From Candidatus Heimdallarchaeota archaeon (lineage in GTDB: Archaea; Asgardarchaeota; Heimdallarchaeia; Heimdallarchaeales; Heimdallarchaeaceae): a stretch of DNA of 64,000 nucleotides. This document shows, piece by piece, positions 1 to 10,597 of the stretch. The stretch lies in contig JABCTC010000002.1 of NCBI GenBank assembly GCA_018238545.1, positions 64,001 through 128,000 on the forward strand. Reading direction: 5' to 3'. How positions within the stretch are numbered: the first letter of the stretch is position 1; each line of letters begins with the position of its first letter. The notes beneath the pieces are model-generated. The model did not search any database, was not told the DNA's origin, and was given only the letters and a program-made list of their open reading frames with translations. The translations under genes and the position numbers were made by a program.

Positions 1-64
1 TGAAGATACAACATCATTCAGAAAAAAGCGAAAAAGAACACTTTCAAGAAGAATAGGTGACGGT

Positions 65-751
65 ATGCAAATAGGGGTTACCAAATTTCCAGGAACTAAC
101 AATGAACAAGATGTTCTTAGAGCTTTGAAAAGTTTAAATGTCAAAGGAGAACTAATCTATCCCTGGGAAGAAAAGAAGCTGGAAGATTTGGATGCTTTAG
201 TTCTAGCAGGTGGATTTTCTTATGGAGATTATCTCAGACCTGGGGGTATTGCTGCTCAATCTCCAGTTGCAGAAAAACTTATCGATTTTGAGAAAAATGG
301 TAAGTTTATCATAGGAATATGTAATGGATTCCAAATATTATGTGAAACAAAAATTCTTCCAGGTGTACTGACAACTAATCTATCAACTAAATTTATCTGT
401 AAGTGGGTAAATATTAAAACTGAGACTGCCCGCAGTCCCCTTTTAAAGAACTTAGCTCCAATAATAAAGATCCCTATTGCTCATTATGAAGGTAGATACT
501 ATCATAATGCTAGTGGGATTAAGAAAATTAATACTGAAGATTCTGTAGCTTTTAGATATTGTAACGAACAAGGTGAAATTACTCAAGAAAGTAATCCCAA
601 TGGATCGATGGAAAATATCGCTGGAATTGTAAATGCCAAAGGTAATATTTTAGGCATGATGCCACATCCTGAACGAGCTAGTTTTGATTATTTAGGAACG
701 GATTTCGGGAAACAAATTTTTGTAAATCTAATAGAGGAAATAAAATGCTAA
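65..751 (+). CDS. purQ: Phosphoribosylformylglycinamidine synthase subunit PurQ (glutaminase)
   Basis: FPGTN, GGFSYGDYLR, GICNGFQ (catalytic Cys), GMMPHPER; GGTGA RBS-like motif upstream. Confidence 0.97.
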   Translation: MQIGVTKFPGTNNEQDVLRALKSLNVKGELIYPWEEKKLEDLDALVLAGGFSYGDYLRPGGIAAQSPVAEKLIDFEKNGKFIIGICNGFQILCETKILPGVLTTNLSTKFICKWVNIKTETARSPLLKNLAPIIKIPIAHYEGRYYHNASGIKKINTEDSVAFRYCNEQGEITQESNPNGSMENIAGIVNAKGNILGMMPHPERASFDYLGTDFGKQIFVNLIEEIKC

Positions 752-2922
752 CAACAGAAGAATATAGTAGAATTCTTGATGTATTAGAAAGAGAGCCCAA
801 TAAGGGAGAAGTAGCTGTTTTTGAAGCTATGTGGTCTGAACATTGCTCTTACAAATCTTCAAAGAGATGGTTCCACCTATTCAATGTAAAAGCCCCATAT
901 GTCGAACTTGGGATTGGAGAAGGTGCTGGTTTAATAAATCTTGGAGATGATTTACTTGTTGGAATAGGGTTAGAAAGCCATAATCATCCGTCTGCAATCT
1001 CACCCTATGATGGTGCGGCAACAGGTGTTGGAGGAATTATTAGAGATATATTATCTCAAGGTTGCAAACCTATTGCAATTCTAGATGCTATTAGATTTGG
1101 GGAATTAGAAAAATCTCAACACTCTCAGTATCTCTTAGAGAACGTTGTTCGAGGTATTTCGTTTTATGGTAATTGCTGTGGAATTCCTACAGTTGGAGGA
1201 GAGGTAGAGTTTGCACCACAATTTGAAAATAATTGTTTGGTAAATGCAATGTGTGTAGGGGTGGTTCAGAAAAGCAAAGTGGTGAGAAGTATAGCTGCAA
1301 AACCAGGTTCATTTCTTGTTCTTTATGGAGCAAGAACTGGAAGAGATGGAATTCATGGTGTTTCTTTTGCTTCCAAGGATTTGAGTGATAAAAGCGATAG
1401 AGATCGACCTGCAGTGCAAATCGGAGATCCTTTAATGGAGAAAATACTTATTGATGTTACTTTGGAGTTAGTAGAAAAAGAACTCTTAGATGGATTACAA
1501 GATTTAGGAGGAGGGGGATTGAGTTGCGCAGTATCTGAAATGACACACAAAGGAAATACTGGAGCAATAATCAGGTTGGAAGATATACACCTTCGGGAGG
1601 ATGACATGGAACCTTGGGAAATATTAGTTTCTGAATCTCAAGAAAGAATGTTAGCAGTAGTAGAATGTGATAAGTTAGATGAAGTTGTAAGTATTCTAAA
1701 CAGACAAGATTTGACCTATGGAGTAATTGGTGAAGTTACAGATAATAGTCATTGTATTGCGTATTCTAGAGGAGAAAAAATTGTTGATTTACCAGTGGAC
1801 TTGATAGTAGATGGGTTCCCAGAACCGGAGAGAATCACTGAAAAACCAGATTACCTAAAAGAAGAAGATTCCGTTGTACCTGATTTTGAAGATTTAAATC
1901 AAGAAATTATCAAGCTTTTATCCTCTCCAAATATTGGAAGCAAAGCCTGGGTATATCAACAATATGATCAACATGTTCAAACGCAAACAGTAGTTCCTGC
2001 TGGTTCTGATGCAGCTGTATTGAGACTTGATAATGGAAAACATATTGCGCTCTCATTAGATTGCAATTCATTTATGGTTTATCTTGATCCATATAATGGA
2101 ACTGCAAACAGTGCAGCTGAAGCGATGAGAAATTTGATTGCAACTGGAGCTAAACCATTAGCATTTGTAGATTGCTTAAATTTTGGCAACCCAGAAAATC
2201 CTGATTCTTATTGGCAATTCGTAGAATCAATAAAGGGTTTAGGGCAGTTCTCACACGATTTTAATATCCCTGTTGTTGGTGGAAATGTTTCATTGTATAA
2301 TGAAAGCTTCATCGAGGATAAGAGAGAAAGAATCAACCCTTCACCAACAATAGGTATGATTGGTATAATTGAAAACCCTGAAAAACTGATTAAAAACAGC
2401 TTTCAAGAAAAAGGAAATTTTGTAGTGACTATCGGAGAGTGTGACGGCAATCTTAATGGTTCAGAATTTTTAAGAAATAATTTTGGTATTCTTCAAGGCA
2501 AAATATCACAATATGATAAACAGAAAGAAGTATCTTCTCGAAAAGCAATTGAAAATTTAAATCAATCTGGATATATTAAGAGCTGTCACGATGTCTCTAA
2601 TGGAGGTCTAATTACAGCTTTAGCTGAAATGACTTTCGAAAATGAAATCGGTGTAAAATTAGATCTTTTAGAAAATGATTCCTTTATAAAACTCAAACTA
2701 GAAGAATTTCTTTTTGCTGAAACACCTTCTAGATATGTTATAGAAATACATTCAGAGCATATTGAAAGTGCAACTAAAATAATTGAAGGTAAGGTTTCTT
2801 TCAATATTATTGGGAAAACTAATTCTCAACCAAAAATAGAAATAGAGAACTTTCTAATATTGGAGATTAAACAACTGAAAAATGCGTGGAACAAGGCTAT
2901 TTCACAATATATGGAGGATTAA
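745..2922 (+). CDS. purL: Phosphoribosylformylglycinamidine synthase subunit PurL
   Basis: [60 protein letters not shown]. Confidence 0.98.
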   Translation: MLTTEEYSRILDVLEREPNKGEVAVFEAMWSEHCSYKSSKRWFHLFNVKAPYVELGIGEGAGLINLGDDLLVGIGLESHNHPSAISPYDGAATGVGGIIRDILSQGCKPIAILDAIRFGELEKSQHSQYLLENVVRGISFYGNCCGIPTVGGEVEFAPQFENNCLVNAMCVGVVQKSKVVRSIAAKPGSFLVLYGARTGRDGIHGVSFASKDLSDKSDRDRPAVQIGDPLMEKILIDVTLELVEKELLDGLQDLGGGGLSCAVSEMTHKGNTGAIIRLEDIHLREDDMEPWEILVSESQERMLAVVECDKLDEVVSILNRQDLTYGVIGEVTDNSHCIAYSRGEKIVDLPVDLIVDGFPEPERITEKPDYLKEEDSVVPDFEDLNQEIIKLLSSPNIGSKAWVYQQYDQHVQTQTVVPAGSDAAVLRLDNGKHIALSLDCNSFMVYLDPYNGTANSAAEAMRNLIATGAKPLAFVDCLNFGNPENPDSYWQFVESIKGLGQFSHDFNIPVVGGNVSLYNESFIEDKRERINPSPTIGMIGIIENPEKLIKNSFQEKGNFVVTIGECDGNLNGSEFLRNNFGILQGKISQYDKQKEVSSRKAIENLNQSGYIKSCHDVSNGGLITALAEMTFENEIGVKLDLLENDSFIKLKLEEFLFAETPSRYVIEIHSEHIESATKIIEGKVSFNIIGKTNSQPKIEIENFLILEIKQLKNAWNKAISQYMED

Positions 2923-2924
2923 AA

Positions 2925-3335
2925 ATGATTGACATTATAGCAGGAAGTAAAAGTGATGAAAAGATTGTTCAGAAAGCAGTCACGATTTTAGAAAAGTATG
3001 ACACATCATTCAATGTATATTATATCTCAGCTCACAGAGACCATGATAAATTGGTAGAGACAATTAAAACATCTTCAGCGGATATATTCATCTGTATAGC
3101 TGGTTTAGCAGCTGCTCTACCTGGAGTTGTAGCATCGTTAACTGACAAACCTGTAATAGGGGTCCCTGTTTCTGCTGCCTTAAATGGATTAGATGCATTA
3201 CTGTCTATGGTTCAAATGCCTAAAGGGGTACCAGTTGCAACCGTAGGAATTGATAATGGTCAAAATGCTGCTCATTTAGCTGTTAGAATTTTACAATTAA
3301 AAAGAAAGGAAGGAATAAGTGAAAAGAATGACTAA
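2925..3335 (+). CDS. purE: N5-CAIR mutase / AIR carboxylase PurE
   Basis: [29 protein letters not shown]; ATG 2925 taken as start (just after purL stop). Confidence 0.95.
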   Translation: MIDIIAGSKSDEKIVQKAVTILEKYDTSFNVYYISAHRDHDKLVETIKTSSADIFICIAGLAAALPGVVASLTDKPVIGVPVSAALNGLDALLSMVQMPKGVPVATVGIDNGQNAAHLAVRILQLKRKEGISEKND

Positions 3336-4365
3336 AAATACAAAACCTCCTTCAACATATGCAGAAGCTGGAATTGATTTGTCGTTAGAAGCTCAAATTC
3401 TAAAAACAATCAACTATTATGTGAAAAAATCCTTTCAATTTGGTGATGTTGTTGCAAAGGAAGGACATTACGCAAATATGATTAAATTAGGTGATATCGG
3501 TTTAGCTTTAACTTCAGATGGGGTTGGTACTAAATTACTTATTGCTCAAGATGTAGGGAAACTTGACACAATAGGAATCGACTGTGTAGCAATGAATGTT
3601 AATGATTTACTTTCAATGGGAATTCCTCCAAAAGCATTTGTTGATTATTTAGCAATATCTGAATTGAATAAATCGCAGATTGAAGCGATAATTTCTGGAA
3701 TTTACAAAGGCTGCGAACTGTCGGGCATTCCCTTATTAGGTGGAGAGCTAGCAACTGTACCAGAGTTGTTGGTTGATAAGAAAAATGCTTTTGATATCGC
3801 AGGAACTGCCTTGGGAATAGTTTCTCTTGATAGTGTTATTGATGGGTCAAAAATTAAACCTGGTGACTCTGTTATAGGGATCACAAGCAGTGGATTACAT
3901 TCAAATGGATATACTATTGTAAGAAAAATACTTTCAATCAAATACACACTAAGTGAAAGTTTTCCATGGGGAAGAGAAGTATTCGAAGAACTCTTGGAAC
4001 CAACGAGGATTTATGTTAAAGCAATACTAGATCTTATAGAAAATTGTTCAGTGTCAGGTTTAGCTCACATTACTGGGGGTGGTCTTAAGAAATTATTCAG
4101 ATTAACTGATTATGGTTTTGAATTGACTAATTTCCCAAAACCATTGAATATATTTGAGGAAATTCGTATATTGGGTAAAATTTCTTTCCAAGAGATGTTT
4201 TCAATTTTCAACATGGGAATTGGTTTTGTTGTTGTTGTTCCAAAAGAAGAGGAAGAGAAAGCACTTGAAACATTAAATAAACATTTCAAAACCATCAGAA
4301 TCGGAGAAATAGTTGAAGATCCATTAGTATCTATTTCTAAGTATAATGTGTTATTTACAAGGTGA
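3328..4365 (+). CDS. purM: Phosphoribosylformylglycinamidine cyclo-ligase (AIR synthetase)
   Basis: [44 protein letters not shown]. Confidence 0.97.
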   Translation: MTKNTKPPSTYAEAGIDLSLEAQILKTINYYVKKSFQFGDVVAKEGHYANMIKLGDIGLALTSDGVGTKLLIAQDVGKLDTIGIDCVAMNVNDLLSMGIPPKAFVDYLAISELNKSQIEAIISGIYKGCELSGIPLLGGELATVPELLVDKKNAFDIAGTALGIVSLDSVIDGSKIKPGDSVIGITSSGLHSNGYTIVRKILSIKYTLSESFPWGREVFEELLEPTRIYVKAILDLIENCSVSGLAHITGGGLKKLFRLTDYGFELTNFPKPLNIFEEIRILGKISFQEMFSIFNMGIGFVVVVPKEEEEKALETLNKHFKTIRIGEIVEDPLVSISKYNVLFTR

Positions 4366-4366
4366 A

Positions 4367-4972
4367 ATGATGAAAGTAGCTGTTCTAATATCTGGAAGAG
4401 GCTCTAATCTTCAGGCAATACTTAAAGCTGAAAATAATAAGAAGTTAGGCAATGCTGAAATTAACTTGATTGTCAGCAGTAACCCCAATGCAGCAGGTTT
4501 AGAATTTGCAAAAAATTATAACAAATACACAATTGTTCTTGATCCAAAGAACCATGCTGATAAAACTAAATATGATTCCAAATTAAAATCTATATTGCTT
4601 GAAAATAATATTGAATTGATAGTTTTAGCCGGGTTTATGAGAGTTTTATCACATTCATTTGTTGACTATTTTAAGAACCAAATTATCAATATTCACCCAT
4701 CCTTACTCCCAGCTTTTCCGGGTTTAAATATTCATGAAAGGGTATTAGACTATGGAGTGAAATATTCTGGATGTACAGTTCATTTTGTGAATGCAGAAAT
4801 TGATGGAGGGCCTATCATTGCCCAAAGAGTGGTTGAAGTGTTAGATGGGGATTCACCTGATTCATTAGCAGCCAGAATTTTAGTCAAAGAACATATTCTG
4901 CTACCAGAAGTGATTAAGAAAATTTCAGAAAAGAAGATTAGTGTAAATCAAAGACGAGTGAAGGTAAATTAA
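4367..4972 (+). CDS. purN: Phosphoribosylglycinamide formyltransferase (folate-dependent)
   Basis: LISGRGSNL, LAGFMRVL, INIHPSLLPAFPG, GCTVHFV, DGGPII. Confidence 0.96.
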   Translation: MMKVAVLISGRGSNLQAILKAENNKKLGNAEINLIVSSNPNAAGLEFAKNYNKYTIVLDPKNHADKTKYDSKLKSILLENNIELIVLAGFMRVLSHSFVDYFKNQIINIHPSLLPAFPGLNIHERVLDYGVKYSGCTVHFVNAEIDGGPIIAQRVVEVLDGDSPDSLAARILVKEHILLPEVIKKISEKKISVNQRRVKVN

Positions 4973-4973
4973 G

Positions 4974-6371
4974 ATGTGCGGTGTTTTAGGTATAAATGGA
5001 CCAACAACACTTGGTCAAGGTAAAGTTTTGCTTCAAATGCTTACACATAGAGGACAAGATGCAAGTGGAATTGGATGGATTGAAGAAAAAACAAGCAATA
5101 TTAAAATTATAAAGAAAGATAGTTATCCAGATTTGCTAGAATTAGATGAAACTAAAGAAACTTCTAATTTAATTGGATCTACAAGATATCCTACATTTGG
5201 AACAAGAACTGATAGTTCTAATATAGAAAAATATGCACAACCTTTTACCTTCAAAACCAAGAATGGAACATTAGTAATAGTACACAATGGAAATATCACC
5301 AATATTCATAGTATAACAACTAAAAGCTATGAAAGTGATACAGAATTCATTGTTGAGTTTCTTGGAAGTTTACTAAATAAAACTCAAGGAAATCTAAATG
5401 AATCAGTCAAAATGTTTATGGAAAAAGTGGATGGAAGCTATTCAATTATAGGGACGTTGGATGAAACACAATTTTCTTTCAGGGATCCAAGGGGTATAAG
5501 ACCTTTGGTAATTGGACGGAACGAAAATATTACTGTTATTAGTTCAGAAAGTGTTGTTCTTCAAAATCTTGGTATTGAAAATATTAGAGATATCCAACCT
5601 GGAGAATTAATTGTTTGCAAAGAACAAGATATCCAGAGTTTTCAGATTTTAGTAAAAGATCATGCACACTGCATGTTTGAGTATGTTTACTTTGCTAATC
5701 CATGTTCAATTATCGAAGAGCGACTAGTTTATGATGTTAGGTTGGATTTAGGAAAGGAACTAGGATTAAGAATAAAGGAGAATAATCTGGAAATTGATTA
5801 TGTTGTTCCTGTTCCTGATACTTCAAGACCTGCAACACAAGGTGTATCCGAAGTATTGAATATACCTGTACGAGAAGCCATTATCAAGAACAGATATCTT
5901 CAACGTACCTTTATCATGAAAAGCAAACAAGAACGAACAAAAGTTGCTAAAAGCAAATATCTCTATACAGCTAAATATATCAAAAATAAAAACATCCTGG
6001 TTGTTGATGATTCAATAGTTCGAGGTTTGACAAGTCAAAAAATCGTCAAGGATTTAAGAAAACTAGGAGCTAATAAGATATATTTTGCAGTAACTTGTCC
6101 TGCAATAAGATTTGCTTGTTATTATGGTATAGATTTTCCAACTGATGAAGAATTGATTGCTTCAGGTCACACAGTAGAAAAAATCAAGGAAGTTCTTGAT
6201 GTTGATGGAGTATTTTATCAGAGTATTGATTCATTAAAAACTGCAATCGGTTTCTCTGATTTATGTACTGCTTGTTTATCTGGAAGTTATCCAACTCCTT
6301 ATGCTCAAGAAATTAGAATCAAGTATTTGAACGGCGAATTAAAAGGTAGAAGTCATTATGAAGAGGTCTAA
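4974..6371 (+). CDS. purF: Amidophosphoribosyltransferase
   Basis: N-terminal MCGV (Ntn Cys), HRGQD, HNGNI, RDPRGIRPL, VDDSIVRG, Fe-S cysteines CMFE/CYYG/CTAC. Confidence 0.97.
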   Translation: MCGVLGINGPTTLGQGKVLLQMLTHRGQDASGIGWIEEKTSNIKIIKKDSYPDLLELDETKETSNLIGSTRYPTFGTRTDSSNIEKYAQPFTFKTKNGTLVIVHNGNITNIHSITTKSYESDTEFIVEFLGSLLNKTQGNLNESVKMFMEKVDGSYSIIGTLDETQFSFRDPRGIRPLVIGRNENITVISSESVVLQNLGIENIRDIQPGELIVCKEQDIQSFQILVKDHAHCMFEYVYFANPCSIIEERLVYDVRLDLGKELGLRIKENNLEIDYVVPVPDTSRPATQGVSEVLNIPVREAIIKNRYLQRTFIMKSKQERTKVAKSKYLYTAKYIKNKNILVVDDSIVRGLTSQKIVKDLRKLGANKIYFAVTCPAIRFACYYGIDFPTDEELIASGHTVEKIKEVLDVDGVFYQSIDSLKTAIGFSDLCTACLSGSYPTPYAQEIRIKYLNGELKGRSHYEEV

Positions 6372-6373
6372 AA

Positions 6374-7627
6374 ATGTCTGATAAGGTTCTGTTAATAGGT
6401 AATGGTGCAAGAGAGCATGCAATAGCGAAAAAAATTGTAGAAAATGGGGGGGCCTTATATTCTTATATGTCAAGAGAAAATCCTGGGATAGCTGATTTAT
6501 CCAAAAAATTCCGTATTGGTAAACTCGATGATTTCACTAAACTAAAGAAATATAGAAATGTCGATTATGCAATTGTAGGGCCTGAAAACCCCCTTTCTGA
6601 AGGCATAACTAATTACTTGGAAGATAAACTAAAAATACCAACTTGTGGTCCAAGAAAAGAAGTAGCAAAAATAGAGTCGAGCAAGATTTTTACTCGATAT
6701 TTACTTGATGCATATGATATACCAGGAAATATTCCTTATACGATTTGCAGATCAATTGATGATTTAGAAGATGCTATTCACGAATTTGGCTTGGAAATAG
6801 TTATTAAACCAGATGGTTTAACTGGAGGGAAAGGTGTAAGAGTTCATGGAGATCATTTCACCTGTTTTAAGGGTGTGAGAGATTACGCAAAACAATTACT
6901 AGCTCAGGATACAGAATTTCTTGTTGAAGAAAAGATTAAAGGAAAAGAGTTTTCATTACAAGTTTTTACTGATGGAAAATCGATAACTCCTATGCCATTG
7001 GTTCGAGATTATAAAAGGGCCTACAATGGAGAAAAAGGACCAAATACTGGATCTATGGGTTCGTATAGCTTACCTTCTCATGATTTGCCGTTTTTGTCAG
7101 AGAAGGATATCCAATCTGCGATTGGAATTTTAGGGAAAACAATTAATGCACTGAAAAAGGAAACTGGAACTGATTATAAGGGAATATTATATGGTCAATT
7201 CATGAAAACAAATGGCAAAATTCATGTGATTGAATTCAATGTAAGATTTGGTGATCCTGAAGCTATTAACGTTTTAAAACTTCTCAAAACAGATTTCAAT
7301 TTAATCGCTCAACAAATAATTGATGGGACTCTTGGTAGAACAGAATTTTCTAATCAAGCTACTGTCTGTACATACCTTGTTCCAAAGGGATATCCAACGG
7401 ATCCTAAAGAGAATAGACCTATCAAAGTTGATACTAACATGAATGCTGATTTATACTATGCTTCAGTATTTAGAGAAAAAAAAGAAATCAAAACAACAAA
7501 AAGTAGAGCTATTGCAATAATTGAAACAGGGTCAAATCTAGAAGAAGCAAAACAAAAAATTAATGATAATATAACAAAAATAAAAGGAGATCTCTTCTAT
7601 AGGAATGATATAGGCGTTCTTTTATAA
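6374..7627 (+). CDS. purD: Phosphoribosylamine--glycine ligase
   Basis: GNGAREHA, VGPENPL, KPDGLTGGKGV, DYKRA..G..GPNTGSMG, EFNVRFGDPE. Confidence 0.97.
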   Translation: MSDKVLLIGNGAREHAIAKKIVENGGALYSYMSRENPGIADLSKKFRIGKLDDFTKLKKYRNVDYAIVGPENPLSEGITNYLEDKLKIPTCGPRKEVAKIESSKIFTRYLLDAYDIPGNIPYTICRSIDDLEDAIHEFGLEIVIKPDGLTGGKGVRVHGDHFTCFKGVRDYAKQLLAQDTEFLVEEKIKGKEFSLQVFTDGKSITPMPLVRDYKRAYNGEKGPNTGSMGSYSLPSHDLPFLSEKDIQSAIGILGKTINALKKETGTDYKGILYGQFMKTNGKIHVIEFNVRFGDPEAINVLKLLKTDFNLIAQQIIDGTLGRTEFSNQATVCTYLVPKGYPTDPKENRPIKVDTNMNADLYYASVFREKKEIKTTKSRAIAIIETGSNLEEAKQKINDNITKIKGDLFYRNDIGVLL

Positions 7628-8092
7628 TTTACGATTTAGATATTTTTGTTCCAGTAATCGATCACAATATACACATCTTAAGATAAGTGGATCCTTCGAA
7701 ACAACATCAAACGAAGACACTATTGGTTCATGAGCATTTGATACGCAATTTGGATTAACACAGTCAACGAAATCTTCTACATGATTAGGAACCTTTAGAT
7801 TTTGTTTTTCTTGAACTTTATAATCTACAATAATGTTTACAGTTGCTGTTGGGGCAATAAAGGAAAGTTTCTGTGTATCTTGTGGTGTAAGAGCTTTTCC
7901 TCTTATTTTTACAACGTCTTTTAGTTTCATCTTTTTAGACGCAACCCTCATAGCTAATGCGACAGTATAAGGATAATTAGAATCTATACCAAGAATTTCA
8001 AGAATCTTCAAAGCCTTACCTGGGGGTATTCTATCTATAACTGTGCCATCTTCGATTTTTGTTACTATCAACTTTTCACTATTTTCACTCAT
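7622..8092 (-). CDS. pyrI: Aspartate carbamoyltransferase regulatory chain
   Basis: LIVTKIEDGTVIDRI, Zn ligands CVNPNC...CVYC; directly downstream of pyrB. Confidence 0.95.
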   Translation of the reverse strand: MSENSEKLIVTKIEDGTVIDRIPPGKALKILEILGIDSNYPYTVALAMRVASKKMKLKDVVKIRGKALTPQDTQKLSFIAPTATVNIIVDYKVQEKQNLKVPNHVEDFVDCVNPNCVSNAHEPIVSSFDVVSKDPLILRCVYCDRLLEQKYLNRKL

Positions 8093-8093
8093 T

Positions 8094-9011
8094 TTAATCA
8101 ATTCCTAAATATATTAGAATTAAAGCCATTCTTACCCAAACACCATTAAGTGCTTGCTCAAAGTATCTGGAATGTTTGGTTTTATCAATGGAATAATCAA
8201 TCTCATCCACACGGGGAAGAGGATGTAAAATGATAAATCTGTCCTTAACGTTTTTGATGTCTTCTGTGGATATTTGATAAACTCCCTTAAGCCTTTCATA
8301 ATCAACAGGATCTGGAAATCGCTCTTTTTGAATTCGCGTCATGTAAAGAACATCAAGATCGGAGATGATATCTTTAAGATTCTCCTCAATATTATATTTG
8401 AATCCATTTTCCTTTAATCTCAAAGCTACATTCTTTCTTAGTCTAAGGGCAGGAGGAGCAATCAAATGAAGATCAATGTTTTCATACTTAGCCAAAGCGA
8501 ATAGAAGTGAAGGGATGGTTCTTCCATAGAGTAAGTCACCCATCACACCAATACTCAAATTATCAATTTCCTTAAACTCCTTTTTAATTGAGTAAAGGTC
8601 AAGTAAAGCCTGAGTTGGGTGCTCTTGCGAACCTGTTCCTCCTGATATCACTGGAATTGAAGCAAAGTTTTTAGCTATCTCTCCTACACCCTCTATATAG
8701 TGTCTTATGACTGCAATATCAGAATAAAGATTAATCATTCTTATCGTATCAGATATACTTTCACCCTTAACAGCGCTACTTACTTTAGCACTAGTAAAAC
8801 CTAATATTTGTCCTCCTAGCCGTAGCATTGCACTCTCAAAAGAAAGTCTAGTTCTTGTGCTTGGTTCAAAGAACAATGTTCCAAGGATTTTTCCTTTACA
8901 CTTATCTGCAAATTGATCAGGGTTTGATTCTATTTTAGAAGCAAGAGAAAAAATCTGTTCAATAAAGTCTTTGGAAATAATTCTTGTTGAGAATAAATGT
9001 TTTGGTATCAT
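8094..9011 (-). CDS. pyrB: Aspartate carbamoyltransferase catalytic chain
   Basis: FFEPSTRTRLSFE, KGESISDT, HPTQALLD, YMTRIQKERF, HPLPR; ATG 9011 taken as start. Confidence 0.97.
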   Translation of the reverse strand: MIPKHLFSTRIISKDFIEQIFSLASKIESNPDQFADKCKGKILGTLFFEPSTRTRLSFESAMLRLGGQILGFTSAKVSSAVKGESISDTIRMINLYSDIAVIRHYIEGVGEIAKNFASIPVISGGTGSQEHPTQALLDLYSIKKEFKEIDNLSIGVMGDLLYGRTIPSLLFALAKYENIDLHLIAPPALRLRKNVALRLKENGFKYNIEENLKDIISDLDVLYMTRIQKERFPDPVDYERLKGVYQISTEDIKNVKDRFIILHPLPRVDEIDYSIDKTKHSRYFEQALNGVWVRMALILIYLGID

Positions 9012-9170
9012 TTTTGTACCTTTTTTCCGAAAAGAGTAAAAAACAACTAAGTTATAAAAGATGTGATGAAACAGAGAAAATTTGCAAAATAATGTAAAAA
9101 CTATTTCCAACGAGATAGTTTTTGTGAAACCTAAAACAAGGATTAAATATGAAAAAACAATCTTACATCT

Positions 9171-9989
9171 ATGAGTACTCCCCTTCTTACTGATTTTGTA
9201 GACAAATATGCTGATGTTGTTAAGAAAAAAAACAGCATTTTATGTGTAGGTTTAGATCCAGCGTTGCCAATTCAGAGAATGAGGAAAGTAATTCCAAATG
9301 ATGACAGACTCGAATTCATGAAAAGAATAATAGCTGATGTTGCACCATTTGCAAGCGTAATTAAAATGAACAGACAATACCTAATAGGTCTTACTGCGGA
9401 TGAGATACGACAACTAAATGTTTTGATACATCAACAAGGTATGCTTTCTATAGTTGATCACAAACTTGCAGATATAAGTTCCTCAAACTCTTCTGCTATT
9501 TTCTGGATAAAAGAGGAAGGTTTCGATGCTTTTACCTTGAATCCTTATGGAGCGAATATCGAGGAAGCTACAAGAATGGCTCATGAAAAAAAACTCGGGA
9601 TAATTGTAGTAACCCTAATGTCAAACCCACAAGCGATAATTCAAAAACTGCTTAACATATACGAAAATCCCTTCTTTTTACATGTTGCGGAAATATGTAA
9701 ATTCGCTAAATCGGATGGTTGTATGATTGGAGCTGGAAGACATATTAAATTAACAGATATCGCCCAAATTAAACAATCTATAGGAAATAATGCAGTTGCC
9801 CTAGTTCCTATACTAGGTCAACATACAGAAAGTGCAAAGCATACAATTTTGCATTTTGGAGATAAAACACTAGTTAGTGTTGGTGGAGCAATTTTATACT
9901 CTGATAATCCCCCGTTAAAAGCCAGAAAATACCAAGAACAATTTAATGCTTATAGAGAAAAAGTAAGTCAGAAAAGTTTAGGAATTTAG
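9171..9989 (+). CDS. pyrF: Orotidine-5'-phosphate decarboxylase family protein (divergent)
   Basis: LCVGLDP, DHKLADI (DxKxxD), MSNP; divergent from pyrB. C-terminal phosphate-binding motifs are atypical. Confidence 0.8.
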   Translation: MSTPLLTDFVDKYADVVKKKNSILCVGLDPALPIQRMRKVIPNDDRLEFMKRIIADVAPFASVIKMNRQYLIGLTADEIRQLNVLIHQQGMLSIVDHKLADISSSNSSAIFWIKEEGFDAFTLNPYGANIEEATRMAHEKKLGIIVVTLMSNPQAIIQKLLNIYENPFFLHVAEICKFAKSDGCMIGAGRHIKLTDIAQIKQSIGNNAVALVPILGQHTESAKHTILHFGDKTLVSVGGAILYSDNPPLKARKYQEQFNAYREKVSQKSLGI

Positions 9990-10579
9990 ATTGTTGTGCT
10001 GGTAAAGACAAGTTCTTCCCCTTTGTAAGTTAATGTGCCTCTAACCAAGTTACTCCTTTTTAGTTCAGCTCTACATAATGGACATGTCTCTTTTTCTTTC
10101 AACCAATCCTCAAAGTGTTTTGGATGCCCTGCATAGTTGCAGTTTGGACAAAGAATTACACCGAGTTTCTCTTTATCTTTAAAATCAAATTTTTGCAGGC
10201 AAATTATACATTTTTCTCCAGAAATAGCTTCTTCGACTTTTCTAGCCCAACTGGATAATTCTTTCGCTTCTTCTTTATTTGTTTCTTTTGGATCCTTTTG
10301 CTGAATCTGATGAAGAACATTGAGAATTTTCTCTTTATTTACAAAGGAGATCGATTCAGAGGTTTCAATCTTTTCTTCTGCTTTTTCTAGAAAAGTAGCA
10401 ACTTGTTTCTTAATAGCTTTGAATGACTTCTGTAATCCAGTAGTGAGTTTATCTGAAAAAGTATCAGTATCTTTTTTTACTTTTTGCTCCTTAACAATTC
10501 TATTACCGCAATATGGACAAAAATCGCTCACTAAGGAAATCTGTCTTGAACAGAACTTACATCGCTTATTTTCACTCAT
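9986..10579 (-). CDS. Zn-ribbon + coiled-coil + RING-type finger protein (putative ubiquitin E3)
   Basis: CKFC..CPYCG at N-terminus; CIIC...CPNCNYAGHPKHFEDW...CPLC at C-terminus. Confidence 0.75.
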   Translation of the reverse strand: MSENKRCKFCSRQISLVSDFCPYCGNRIVKEQKVKKDTDTFSDKLTTGLQKSFKAIKKQVATFLEKAEEKIETSESISFVNKEKILNVLHQIQQKDPKETNKEEAKELSSWARKVEEAISGEKCIICLQKFDFKDKEKLGVILCPNCNYAGHPKHFEDWLKEKETCPLCRAELKRSNLVRGTLTYKGEELVFTSTTI

Positions 10580-10597
10580 TTTTAAGAACCCTTGTTT

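Noticed and set aside
1-56. 3' end of an upstream gene (frame 3, ..KIQHHSEKSEKEHFQEE*), possibly purS
   Set aside because: Too short to identify; purS is only a guess from context
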